This document shows, piece after piece, positions 20,814-30,440 of a stretch of DNA of 64,000 nt. How positions within the stretch are numbered: the stretch's first letter is position 1; the number at the start of each line of letters is the position of its first letter. Made by a program: the position numbers and the translations under genes. The notes below the pieces were generated by a model. That model saw only the letters and a program-made list of their open reading frames with translations, was not told the DNA's origin and did no database searches. Source of the stretch: Pelagomonas calceolata (lineage: Eukaryota); the NCBI GenBank assembly GCA_918797485.1, contig CAKKNE010000006.1, positions 3,162,001-3,226,000 of the forward strand, written 5' to 3'.

Positions 20814-21158
20814 TTACCGTCGTGATGACACGGCTAACACCGCGAACGCGTTCTCGAGGTCGGAGACACACCGCGGGCTGCCCACGGGGACAATCGCGTT
20901 GCGGCGCCGGCGCGCCCGCGTCGTCGTATTCGCCTTCGTCGGCGAGAGCGCCTTCGGCTTCGCGAGCGACGTAGCAGTAGCCTTCCGCGTGCGCGGGTCG
21001 ATGTTCTCCTTGTTTTCGTCCTCCCAGCTCGCGTACGCACGGTGCTGCTGGGGTTTGGCGCTGGTCCGCTTCCGGCCGGGGCTGCCTGCTTTTTGCGGCG
21101 CACACTTGCCCGCAGCCTCTGGCCCCATGTCCACCTTCGTCGCGCCCTGCGCGGGCAT
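20814..21158 (-). CDS. Small basic protein with a KEN-box-like motif
   Basis: 114-aa ORF from ATG 21158 containing DENKENIDP and several SP sites; start uncertain. Confidence 0.45.
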   Translation of the reverse strand: MPAQGATKVDMGPEAAGKCAPQKAGSPGRKRTSAKPQQHRAYASWEDENKENIDPRTRKATATSLAKPKALSPTKANTTTRARRRRNAIVPVGSPRCVSDLENAFAVLAVSSRR

Positions 21159-21453
21159 ACGGTGTTGGCAGGTACGTCCGGCACGTCCGGCACTCCCCGC
21201 GCCGGCCAGCAACGTTCAAACCAAGCCCGTACCGTACGCGCGAGAGCATGGAAGACGCACGGACGGCTCGCTGGGATCGGCGACGCCTGGGCGCGGTCTG
21301 GGACCGGCTCCGCGCCGACGAAGCGCCGCAGTCGCACGTTCGTCCGTCCGTCGCGGCACCGGAGCTGCGAGCAGTCCAGGGCAAAAAAAACGCCTTCAGG
21401 TAATAAAACTCAACAAAAAAGACGCCTTGAGGTAATAAAAACACAACAAAGAA

Positions 21454-22449
21454 TTACCCGAAGCAAAGAAAAAACAGCAGCACCGCCCCCACAGACAGAA
21501 TCGCCGCGCGCAGCCGCCGCATCGCCACGCGCTCCCGATGCGTCGCGTTCGGCACGTGCGGCTCGTCGACGGCGCAGCACGACCACCGCCGCCGCCCCGG
21601 CCCCGCCGGCGCCGAGGTCAATTGTAACGCCACCACGGACGGAAAAAAGCCGCGCTGCCGCAGCCGCGCCGCGCCAAAGACGCCGTTCGCGACGCCCTCG
21701 TCCTGGGTCCCGGCCTGGGCCAGCTGCCCCAGCGTGCTGCGACTGGCCCGCGCGGCGTCCGTCCGCGCCGCTCTATCTTCCTCGGACCGGAGGCGCGCGT
21801 TCCTCCGCTCGTCGCGCTCCGCCTCGGCCTGGCACCGCTCGATGCACTTCCGTGCCAAAGCCTTGAGGCGTCTCCCCTGAAGTTGCGACGGCGACGCGGG
21901 CCTCAATGGATTCTCGACGTCCTCGTCCACCTGGCTCCAGTCCTCCCCGTCGAGCAACGCGACGACCGGCGACGGCGAGCCGTCCGTCGTCGACACGCGC
22001 GCGCCCGCATCCAATAAAGCGTCGGCGACGACGTAGCGCTTCGACGAGACCGCCACGAGCAGCACGGACCGTCCGGCCTCGTCGACGGCGTCGACGTCCG
22101 CGCCGCGCTCGGCGAGCTGTCTGATACATTTCGCGACGTCATCTTCGGACCGCTCCGCGTCCTCTATTAACTCAACGATGGACCGCCCCAATCTCCCTCG
22201 ATACGCGTGCACCAAGGACGCGAGCGACCGGTTCGGCACGAGCGCCCGGTGCGCCAACGGCGCGTTCGTCGTCGGCGACCGCCGATTCGTCCCCATGCCG
22301 AGCCACCGCTCGATGGCTTCCCGCTCGTACGTGAAACCGTCGGCCGCGATCACGGGATCCTCAAGCAGCTCCTGCGTGATCGGGCAGATGAGCGACGGCG
22401 GCGGGCCCTGGTCCGCGTCGCCGCCGGGCGTGAGCGGGTCGTCCATCAT
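21454..22449 (-). CDS. U-box + ankyrin repeat E3 ligase with C-terminal TM anchor
   Basis: LICPITQELLEDPVIAADGFTYEREAIERW...SPTTN...PN (U-box); GADVDAVDEAGRSVLLVA (ankyrin); hydrophobic tail; a short upstream exon is possible. Confidence 0.88.
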   Translation of the reverse strand: MMDDPLTPGGDADQGPPPSLICPITQELLEDPVIAADGFTYEREAIERWLGMGTNRRSPTTNAPLAHRALVPNRSLASLVHAYRGRLGRSIVELIEDAERSEDDVAKCIRQLAERGADVDAVDEAGRSVLLVAVSSKRYVVADALLDAGARVSTTDGSPSPVVALLDGEDWSQVDEDVENPLRPASPSQLQGRRLKALARKCIERCQAEAERDERRNARLRSEEDRAARTDAARASRSTLGQLAQAGTQDEGVANGVFGAARLRQRGFFPSVVALQLTSAPAGPGRRRWSCCAVDEPHVPNATHRERVAMRRLRAAILSVGAVLLFFLCFG

Positions 22450-22636
22450 ACTGTCCCAGCTGCCTTTTTTTGGCACCTGAGCTTGTATATTGGCTCACAG
22501 CGAATTTACAGCGACGGGAGGCTCGTCGAGATGAGTTGCGCTGCAGGAGGGGATGCTCAGCGATCACCAGGCTGTCGCTCGCGCGCACCACGGCCGTGTT
22601 TTGCGCGTCAATGCGTTTTTTTTTGCGGCTGCTTTA

Positions 22637-22661
22637 GCTAGCGGCCGGTAAGACACACTAG
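22637..22661 (+). promoter_or_regulatory. Double-CTAG upstream motif
   Basis: gctagcggccggtaagacacactag between divergent genes. Confidence 0.65.
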
Positions 22662-22812
22662 GAATCACCCGGCGGCTCGCACACGCAGCCGTACGAGTCA
22701 CTGACGCGTTTACGCGACGTTAGCGGTGGAACACGGACACCCCACGATCACGCCGGGGCGCTTTCCGCCTCCAAACGCTCGTAAAATACACGCAGCAGCC
22801 ACCCTGGGAGCA

Positions 22813-24369
22813 ATGGACCAAAATGACGCGACGCGCTGGACGAATCTCGGCGCCTCACTCCTGATCATTCTGGCGGGAGGCACGGTATACGCCTTCGGCG
22901 CGTACTCCGAAGCGCTGAAGAGGAAGCTCCACCTGACCCAGGCCCAACTCGAGCTTGCTGCTTTATGTGGCAACCTGGGGAACTATCTCGGGACGGCGGG
23001 CTTCTTCTACGACCGTTATGGTGCGGTCGCCTCCGCGAAATTCGGCGCGACGCTGATTGGTCTCGGCTACGGGCTCCAGTGGCTCCTCTGTGTGTATTTC
23101 GCGAGTGAACACGCCATTGAGTTCCTATGCGTCTTCTGCTTCGTGTGGGGCCACGGGAGCGGTTACCTGGACTGCGCGGCGATTGGGAGTGGTGTCCGGG
23201 CGTTTCCGAGGAGACGAGGGGCTGTTGTGGGGTTGCTCAAGTCGTTCTACGGCCTGGCGTCCTCTCTGATAATTCTGGGCGCGGCGCCGTGGTTATCAGG
23301 CGTCAATTTCATCGTCGCGCTCGCGGTCTTCGCGGGCGGCTTGCCTTTGTTGGCTCTCTGTAAATTCGAAGACGTTCCAGACCGCGCGCCGGAGGGCGAC
23401 GCCGTCGATGCTGTGGCCGCGGGCGTCCTCTCTTCGTTATCAATGCGCGTCGTGGGTTTCGCGCTGCTGGCGTTGTGCATCGCCGTTTTGCGCGTGATAA
23501 GGCCGCCGTCAGCGCTGGGTTTTAATGTTGCGTTCTCGCTGGTCATCGCGGTGGGTCTGGCGTGGATCGTGCGCGCCGCCGCGCGGGAGCACAAGCGCGA
23601 GGACGGCCTCTACGAGAACCGGGAGGACGAGGAAGAAGAGGACGCCGCCCCGACGCCCACGACTCCAGAGCACGACTCGCGGCCCTGCGCGACCCTAGGA
23701 TCGCCGAGCTATTGGCTCCTGCTCCTCGCCATCTTGCCGGGCACCGGCATGGGTTTGATGACGATCAACAACCTCGGCCAGATTATATCGGCGCGCGGCG
23801 GCCAGGCGTCGACGCAAAGAGCTGCTACCGCCGTCGTGAGCGTCGCGAACGGCCTCGGGCGGCTGGGCTGCGGCGCGCTCGCGGATAAGATTGTACAACG
23901 GGGCCGGCCCCGCGCCGTGCTGCTCGTGGCGGCGGACCTGGCAGGTGCGCTGGCCATGTTTTTGTTTTTTGTGTCTGGGACCTCGGTGCCGATGGCATTA
24001 ATAGCTGCGGCGGTGTCCGGGGCGGCGTACGGGGCCATCTGGACGCTGATTCCCACGCTCGCCGCGGATTTGTTCGGGCGGAAGCATTTTGGTGCTAATT
24101 ACGCCCTGATCCTCCCGGCGGTGAGTCTGGCAGCGATTTTGTTTTCCACCTTACTGGCGCCGGCGGTCTACGCGAGGCACGCCGACGACGACGGCTGCGC
24201 CGGCGCGGCCTGCTTTGGCACGACGTTCCTGGCCACGGCGGCGGCGTGCGGCGGCGGCGCCGTCATGGCTCTTTTGTTGGGAGTCCGGTCGCGGAAGCGC
24301 TACGCGCGCGCCGCGGAGCCGCCGGAGTCTTTGCTCGCCGCGGCGCGGACGGGGGAAACGGTCGTTTGA
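22813..24369 (+). CDS. Nodulin-like / MFS transporter
   Basis: GTVYAFGAYS, FPRRRGAVVGLLKSFYGL, TINNLGQI, LFGRKHFGANY; about 12 TM helices. Confidence 0.9.
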   Translation: MDQNDATRWTNLGASLLIILAGGTVYAFGAYSEALKRKLHLTQAQLELAALCGNLGNYLGTAGFFYDRYGAVASAKFGATLIGLGYGLQWLLCVYFASEHAIEFLCVFCFVWGHGSGYLDCAAIGSGVRAFPRRRGAVVGLLKSFYGLASSLIILGAAPWLSGVNFIVALAVFAGGLPLLALCKFEDVPDRAPEGDAVDAVAAGVLSSLSMRVVGFALLALCIAVLRVIRPPSALGFNVAFSLVIAVGLAWIVRAAAREHKREDGLYENREDEEEEDAAPTPTTPEHDSRPCATLGSPSYWLLLLAILPGTGMGLMTINNLGQIISARGGQASTQRAATAVVSVANGLGRLGCGALADKIVQRGRPRAVLLVAADLAGALAMFLFFVSGTSVPMALIAAAVSGAAYGAIWTLIPTLAADLFGRKHFGANYALILPAVSLAAILFSTLLAPAVYARHADDDGCAGAACFGTTFLATAAACGGGAVMALLLGVRSRKRYARAAEPPESLLAAARTGETVV

Positions 24370-24461
24370 TCGATCGTGGTTTTTGTTTAATGATGTCCTT
24401 TGTCTTATCAGCTCCCGCGCTCTAGCGCGAAGCTTCTTCTTTGCAAAGCTGCGGCAATTCA

Positions 24462-24483
24462 GCTAGCGGAGTAAGACACTAGC
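24462..24483 (+). promoter_or_regulatory. Double-CTAG upstream motif
   Basis: gctagcggagtaagacactagc upstream of DPH3. Confidence 0.65.
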
Positions 24484-24735
24484 TTGAAGCCTCGTGCGCA
24501 AACGCTGGGGGCTGGCGACAGTACGCTGGTACAGTACCAGTACCTCTCAAAACGGAGGTTTCCGCTGGCTTGCGCTGCGCGTAGCGTGGCTCGCGTCTGA
24601 CCGGATAGAGAGCACCGCTTAGAGCTTTACACTAGCATAGCAACTCAGCAACACGCCGCCGGCGCGCTAGCACATAGCAACCCACAGCCTGCAACACGCC
24701 GCCGCCGGCGCGCAAAAGGAAGAACCCAGCCGTTC

Positions 24736-24951
24736 ATGCCAGGCATCTACGAAGACGTCCCCATCGGGGACATGAGCTACGACGCCGACGAGCAACTGTA
24801 CCAGTACCAGTGCCCCTGCGGCGACTTGTTCGAAATTACGCTCGAGGAGCTTTGGGACGGCGACGACATCGCCCACTGCCCGTCCTGCACGCTCAAAGTG
24901 AGGGTCATCTTCGACAAGGAGCAGCTGCCTCCCTTACCTCCCGCGGAATGA
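24736..24951 (+). CDS. DPH3: Diphthamide biosynthesis protein 3 (CSL zinc finger, KTI11)
   Basis: IYEDVPIGDM...YQCPCGDLFEI...AHCPSCTLKVRVIF. Confidence 0.93.
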   Translation: MPGIYEDVPIGDMSYDADEQLYQYQCPCGDLFEITLEELWDGDDIAHCPSCTLKVRVIFDKEQLPPLPPAE

Positions 24952-26252
24952 TTCACTCGATGCAGCGCGACCGCGAGCGGCGGCTCCGGAGGAAGCCGCG
25001 GCGGAAGCGCGGCCTCGTCGCGTGTCTGATCGCGCTGACCGGCGTCGCGTTACTCGGGAACTTACTGACGTCGCCTCATTTAGAAGAGCCGACGACGGAC
25101 GCCGCGCATAACCCGCCGGGCTACCGGCCACCCGTCTTGGATCCCGTGGAGGCGGACGCGCGGGCGGCCGCGGCCGCATTGAGTATAGTGGACGCCCTGC
25201 CGCCGGCGCCCAGGATCGCCTACGCCGTGACCGTCACGGAGGAGCCCAAGGCTTCCAGTGTCGGCTTTCTGGACGGCGCCGCGGTCCTCGCGCAGTCCGT
25301 GCGATCGGCGCATAAACGGTCGACGTACGGCGCGCCGGCCTTTGTTGCCTTCGTCTCGCCGCGGATCTCACAAAGAACGCGGGCCTCGCTGCGAGGTATT
25401 GGTTTTAGAAGCATCGAGAAGCAATTGCCCATCGTTCCTGACAAAATAGAGGGTTCATTTCTCAGGAAGCTCTGGACTGAGCCAAATGAGAAGTTCCCGG
25501 ACCCGACGATGAGGGGAGGCTGCTGCGGCGCCTGGGAACTCCTGAAATTATATGCCTGGACCCTGACTGAATATGAACGCGTGATCCACGTCGACATGGA
25601 CTGCCTCCTGCTCCACCCCATCGACGAATTACTGTCTATAGACGCGTCACTCGTCTACACGGCGGACTACAACATGATGAACGACAACCAGCGGAAGAAC
25701 CGGTTGACGCCGGCCGTGCAGGGCGGGTTCTTGGTCGTGCGACCCTCTCATCAGGTGTTTGAGGCCCTCGTGGCGTTGATGCAACGGGGCAAGTGGGGCG
25801 GCAAGTGTTCCGGGTGGGAATGCACGGGCGTGGGCCATTGGTGGGGCGGCGCGACGATCCAAGGGTTATTACCTTACTTCTACGATCGGCACGCCAAGAC
25901 TCTAACGATGGCGCGGGCCTCGGACCTCAAGGCCGTCGAGGTCGACCGGTGCGTCTACGACAACATGGGGGATAAAGCAGTGGTCAATCCCTTGCCGTAC
26001 GTCGGGTGCAGCGCCGCGCGGCAGACGCCTTTTGACGACGTGAAGTTCGCGCATTTTACGGTCTGTCAAAAGCCGTGGACCTGCAACCCGGCGCGCGACC
26101 CCGACGACGACAAGAAGATCTGCCTCGCGCTGCACGCGGCGTGGTTCGACATCCGCCGCGAATTCGAGGAGGAGCACGGCATGCCGTCGGAGAAGAAGGT
26201 CTGCCGGCGGGGCTACAAGAAGATGGCGTTTCCCGCGGGGTTCGGGGAGTAA
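24948..26252 (+). CDS. Glycosyltransferase family 8-like type II membrane protein
   Basis: Basic tail + TM (GLVACLIALTGVALLG), KLYAWTLTEYERVIHVDMD (DxD), QGGFLVVRPS, HFTVCQKPW; first in-frame ATG overlaps the DPH3 stop (second ATG at 24960). Confidence 0.88.
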   Translation: MIHSMQRDRERRLRRKPRRKRGLVACLIALTGVALLGNLLTSPHLEEPTTDAAHNPPGYRPPVLDPVEADARAAAAALSIVDALPPAPRIAYAVTVTEEPKASSVGFLDGAAVLAQSVRSAHKRSTYGAPAFVAFVSPRISQRTRASLRGIGFRSIEKQLPIVPDKIEGSFLRKLWTEPNEKFPDPTMRGGCCGAWELLKLYAWTLTEYERVIHVDMDCLLLHPIDELLSIDASLVYTADYNMMNDNQRKNRLTPAVQGGFLVVRPSHQVFEALVALMQRGKWGGKCSGWECTGVGHWWGGATIQGLLPYFYDRHAKTLTMARASDLKAVEVDRCVYDNMGDKAVVNPLPYVGCSAARQTPFDDVKFAHFTVCQKPWTCNPARDPDDDKKICLALHAAWFDIRREFEEEHGMPSEKKVCRRGYKKMAFPAGFGE

Positions 26253-26314
26253 AATGAAGTTTGTTAGTCATGCTACTTGGGGTGGGTTCAATGAGCGACT
26301 CTCTCTCTCTATGC

Positions 26315-27173
26315 TCACGCGAGCGCCTTGACGACGGCCTCCGCGAAGGCTTCGGCCGACTGCGGGTTCTGGCCAGTCACTAAGTTGCCGGAGACGACGA
26401 CGTGCGACGTCCACGGGTCGCCCTTGCTGTACTTGCCGCCCTTGCCCGTGAGGCCCTGCTCGTTCGAGCCGGAGAATGGCTTGACGGCCTCCGTCTGTCC
26501 CACCTGCTCCTCTTCGACATCAGAGAAGCACGTGACCTCGAGGCCGGCGACGAGCGGCGTGCCGTCGGGCTTGGTCGCCTCGATCAGCCCGATGGGGCCG
26601 TGGCAGACCGCGCCGACGACCTTTCCGGCGGCGTATGTGCCCTCGACGACGGCCTTCAGCGCCGCCGCCGCGGGGCCGTAGAAGTCGACGCACCTGTGTG
26701 ACGCCGTCGACGCGACTCACGCGACTCGATTTCCACACAGAACACGCACGTCCCGTGGCCTCCGCACAAACAGACGGCGTCGTACTGGCCCGCCATCGAC
26801 GCGTCGACCTTGACCGAGTGCGAGAGCGCGCCAAAGGCCTTGGCGTCGTGCATGAACGCCTTCGCGTCGGGAGCGAAGAACGGCTCGGCCAGCGAGCCCG
26901 CGTCGATCGGCACCTGTGCATAAATCAACCAGTGAGTCGGGCCGATAATTCTTCACTGTGACAAAATAATTCGTCGACGACGCGAACGCGCCGTGAAATT
27001 TTGGTTTATGCACAGATCGGCACGGCGCCGCCGGCGATCGACGCGATCGTCACGTCGAAGCCGGCCTTCGTGAAGACCGTGTGCGGCTCCGCGAGCTCGG
27101 AGATCCAGAGGCCCGTCGGGTGCTCGCCCATCTGGCCGGCGCTGGTGCTCACGAGGAGGACTTTTTTAGCCAT
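26315..27173 (-). CDS. DJ-1/PfpI (Hsp31/glyoxalase III-like) protein; exons 27173-27024, 26913-26750, 26693-26315
   Basis: KKVLLVSTS, TGLWISELAEP, YDAVCLCGGHG, AVCHGP, NLVTGQNPQSA after splicing; 231 codons in frame. Confidence 0.92.
26694..26749 (-). other. GT-AG intron of the DJ-1 gene (degenerate introner-like)
   Basis: gtgcgt repeated at both junctions; ctgtgtg / cacacag inverted ends; removal gives GGHGTCVDFYG. Confidence 0.85.
26914..27023 (-). mobile_element. Intact introner element (intron-generating DNA transposon)
   Basis: Perfect 8-bp TSD atcggcac at 26906-26913 and 27016-27023; 15-bp TIR ctgtgcataaatcaa / ttggtttatgcacag (14/15). Confidence 0.93.
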
Positions 27174-27464
27174 GGTTTGTGACCTGCGCGCGTGGTAGCA
27201 CTGCGTGGCCAGCTTTTCCAGAGACTTCCTCTAAGCTTAATCTAAAACTTGCGTCAAAAGCGAGCGAGTGACTCTGCGCCGGACGAAGGGATGATAAACT
27301 AGCGGACTGAAGCGCGCTTTGATATAATAATAGCGCTAGCTATAGCACTGGAGATGGCAAAGCTTGAAAAACCCGTGTCGAACCCTTGAACCCCGCCTCT
27401 CCCGTAGCTGTTGGTAGTCAGTCGTCTACGTACTATCAACAAGTGACTTTACCAAGCCCTACTA

Positions 27465-28685
27465 CTACTTCCAGAACCGCAGCGTCGACGCCACGGCCGC
27501 GGCAGCCGGCCGCACCTTCGACGCCACGGCCGCGGCTACGGGCTGAACCTTCGAACCCACGGCCGCAACGACTGGCCGAGCCTTCGACGCCGCGGCCCCG
27601 AGAAATGGCGCGACCGCCGCTCGCACGGGGGGCGCCGCCGCCAGCGCGACGACCGCGAGGGGCACGACCCACCGCCGCTTCCTCCTCCGCGTCTCGCTCG
27701 TGATTTGAGCGGTGTCCTCGTCGCGCTGGAGCATGAGCTCGCCGGACGACGCCGGGTCGAAGGGCACCGCGACCTTTTCCTTCCGCAGCAGCTGCGGCGC
27801 GCGGTACGTCTCGACGCTGCCGTCGTCGTCCATCGTGACGGTGCACCACTCGTTCGCCGCGCAGCGCGCGACCGTGCCCGTGCGGTTGGTTTCCTCGACC
27901 ATGACGGCCTCGCCGATTTTCAACGTCGACGCCGGCACGAGCGCCTCGTCCTCTTCGAGAGCGAGCGCCTTGGCTCCAGGAGCGTCCGCCGCCTTCTCGA
28001 CGACGGTGATGGCCGAGTCGATGGCGCGCGCCTTGAGCGCGCTCGAGAAGCCGGCCTCCTCGTCCCAATTTTTGAGTTCGTTGTAGCCCGACACGCCGAC
28101 CGTGCCCACCGCGCGCGTGAGCTGGCCGATGTTCGATTTCTCGTCGGCGATGGCGACGGCCGCGGTAGCAACAGCGGCGACGGTCGCAAGTTCAATATCT
28201 ATACCTATTGCGACGGCGCCCGCCGCGAGCAGTGCCGCGCCGGCCACGGCCGTCGTCTCCGGCGCGTATTCGGGTTGGAGCGTTTCGCTCACGAAGCTAT
28301 CGATGTCCTCGGCGGGCGGCGGCACGCGGGACAACCGGCTGGCGAGACGGTCGGCGGCGGGCGCCGGTGTTGCCTCCTCCGCCGCGGCCGGCGCCGGCGC
28401 TGCGACCGCCGCGACCGGCTCCGGTGCCGCTACGGGCGTCGTCTCCTTCTCCTCCTTGATCGAGGCGACCAAAGCCGCCGCCTCGGCCGCCAGCCGGTCG
28501 GCCTCGGCCGCCGCCGCGTCCGCCTCGGCAAGCTTCGACGCCGCCTCGCCGCCGCCGGAGATCTGGTCGAGATAGTTTGAGAGGCGTACGTTGGTGCGCG
28601 TCGATGGCGTGTTGAGCGTCCTCCGGGGTAGCAGTTGCAATGCTGACGCTCCCTGAAGGATGGTCAACAGCAGCGCCAAATTCAT
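27465..28685 (-). CDS. Probable plastid-targeted membrane protein with SH3/KOW-like domain and C-terminal 11-mer repeats
   Basis: Signal peptide ending GASA-L, Ala-rich linker, hydrophobic hairpin, LKIGEAVMV...WCTVTMDD module; alternative ATG at 28697. Confidence 0.7.
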   Translation of the reverse strand: MNLALLLTILQGASALQLLPRRTLNTPSTRTNVRLSNYLDQISGGGEAASKLAEADAAAAEADRLAAEAAALVASIKEEKETTPVAAPEPVAAVAAPAPAAAEEATPAPAADRLASRLSRVPPPAEDIDSFVSETLQPEYAPETTAVAGAALLAAGAVAIGIDIELATVAAVATAAVAIADEKSNIGQLTRAVGTVGVSGYNELKNWDEEAGFSSALKARAIDSAITVVEKAADAPGAKALALEEDEALVPASTLKIGEAVMVEETNRTGTVARCAANEWCTVTMDDDGSVETYRAPQLLRKEKVAVPFDPASSGELMLQRDEDTAQITSETRRRKRRWVVPLAVVALAAAPPVRAAVAPFLGAAASKARPVVAAVGSKVQPVAAAVASKVRPAAAAVASTLRFWK

Positions 28686-29045
28686 GGTGGCACGCATCAC
28701 GAACGCAAAGAGCAGAGCGGCAAATGACGAATGCAGCGGCAGACAGAATTATACGCCGTGGCACGTGGTCGCTGGGCTCGTTGGAGAGCTTGTGAGTTTC
28801 TCTAGTGGGTGTGCTACGCTAGCACCTGCCAGGCTCGAGTCGCAAGTTTTGCGCGCACAGCCAGCAGGTTGCATCGCCAGGCGTCGCTGTTGACCGCTGT
28901 GAACCACGCAGCCGTGCTGACCAGCAAGCGTCCGCGCAAAGCTGCGCAAAGCACTGCAAGCGACTGCAGCCTTTGCACTGCGCTGCAACAAGCTGCGCAA
29001 AGCACCGCAAGCGACTTGCAGCCTTGCAGCACTGAGCACTGTGGC

Positions 29046-30405
29046 ATGCGCAACGCACTCCTCGCACTCAGCTGCTGCATAAAAGCAGCAGCAGCCATGT
29101 CGCCGCGCGAAGCCTTGGCGAAACGCGTCGTCGCCTCGCCCGCACCCGTGCTCGCGCCGCTGACGCGGGCGGGCACGGCGCCCTTCCGTGCGCTTTGCCG
29201 AAGGCACGGCGCCGACGCGACGATGGGCGAGATGATTTTCGCACGGCAGTTGTGCAAGGGCGACCGCCGCGAGCAGGCGAGGTTGCGGCGGCCCGAGGCC
29301 GAGACGCTGTTCGGGGCCCAAATCGCGACGAACCAGATCTCCGAGGGCGTCGCGGCCTGCGTGTTAGCGGAGGAGGCGGGCGCGGCGTGGGTCGATCTGA
29401 ACTGCGGCTGCCCTATTTATGAGGCGACGCGGCGAGGTCTGGGCTCGGCGTTGCTGAGGAAGCCGGCGAAACTCGCGAGGCTCGTCGGCGGGCTCGTCGA
29501 GGGGAGTCCGCTACCGGTATCGGTCAAGATCCGGTTGTCTCCGGCGGGCAACAAGGACGTGAACGCGCTGGAACATATCGAAGCATTGGCGGCGCTCGAC
29601 CACAAGCCGGCCTTCGTGACGCTGCACGCGCGGACGGCGACGCAGCGCTACGGCCGCGCGGCGACGTGGGAGGACGTCGAGGCCTGCGCGCGCAAGGCCG
29701 GCGAAAATTTTCCGGTGCTCGGGAATGGCGACGTGCTGACGCACTTCGAGGCCCGGAGGAAGCGCGCGGTCGCGCCGACGGCGGCGGGGCTCATGGTCGG
29801 GCGCGGGGCGCTGATCGGTGCACAAATCAAATTTTTTTGAGCACATAACTCACTGGTGGATTTGCGCACAGGCGCTGATCAACCCGTGGCTATTCGACGA
29901 TATCCGGAACGAGAAGTCCTGGCTGCCGACCGCCGCGGAGCGGCTCGAGGTCTACTACTCGCTGGTGGCGGGCTACCGGGACACGTTTGGCGACGACGAG
30001 CGCGGCCGGAAGACGGCCTGGTACTTTGTGCCCTTCCACTTCAACTTCTTCCACCGGTGGCGGCCGCTGAGTGAGGAGCACTTCGGCGCCTTCGAGATCC
30101 CACTCATCCAGAATGGCCGGGCCGTTGACGCGGCGCTGGAAGAGATCGAGGGGCCCCGCGCCGCGTTGGCCCCGCTCGAGCAGCTGCTCCGCTGCGCGCA
30201 CGCCGACGCCGGCGAGGCCATCGCCGACGCGCTCTGGTCGAGTTATAGCGTCGCCGACGCCGTGGCCGCAGTCACGAGGCTCGCGACGCCCGAGCACCTC
30301 GCGGCCTGGGAGCAGCCCGACGCCGAGACGCGGGACGAGGACGAGGGGCATTCCTCGTCATCGGCGGGGAAGAAGCGTGGCGGCGGCGGGAGGCGCAATT
30401 CATAG
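29046..30405 (+). CDS. tRNA-dihydrouridine synthase (DUS3-like); exons 29046-29807 and 29872-30405
   Basis: LAPLT, FGAQI, VDLNCGCP, VKIR, TLHART, LGNGDV, MVGRGALINPW after splicing. Confidence 0.92.
29808..29871 (+). mobile_element. Introner element forming a GC-AG intron
   Basis: Perfect 8-bp TSD gcgctgat at 29808-29815 and 29872-29879; TIR cggtgcacaaatcaa / tggatttgcgcacag; 3' end actcactggtggatttgcgcacag nearly matches the DJ-1 introner. Confidence 0.92.
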
Positions 30406-30440
30406 AGTAGTAAATATTAAAAATGGAGTATGGAATAAAA

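Noticed and set aside
24810..24947. N-terminal extension of the GT8 ORF from a GTG start
   Set aside because: Overlaps conserved DPH3 in another frame; ATG at 24948 or 24960 gives a normal type II membrane topology
28936..29030. Short tandem repeat upstream of DUS
   Set aside because: Two imperfect copies of low-complexity gcaaagc/ctgca sequence; no evidence of function
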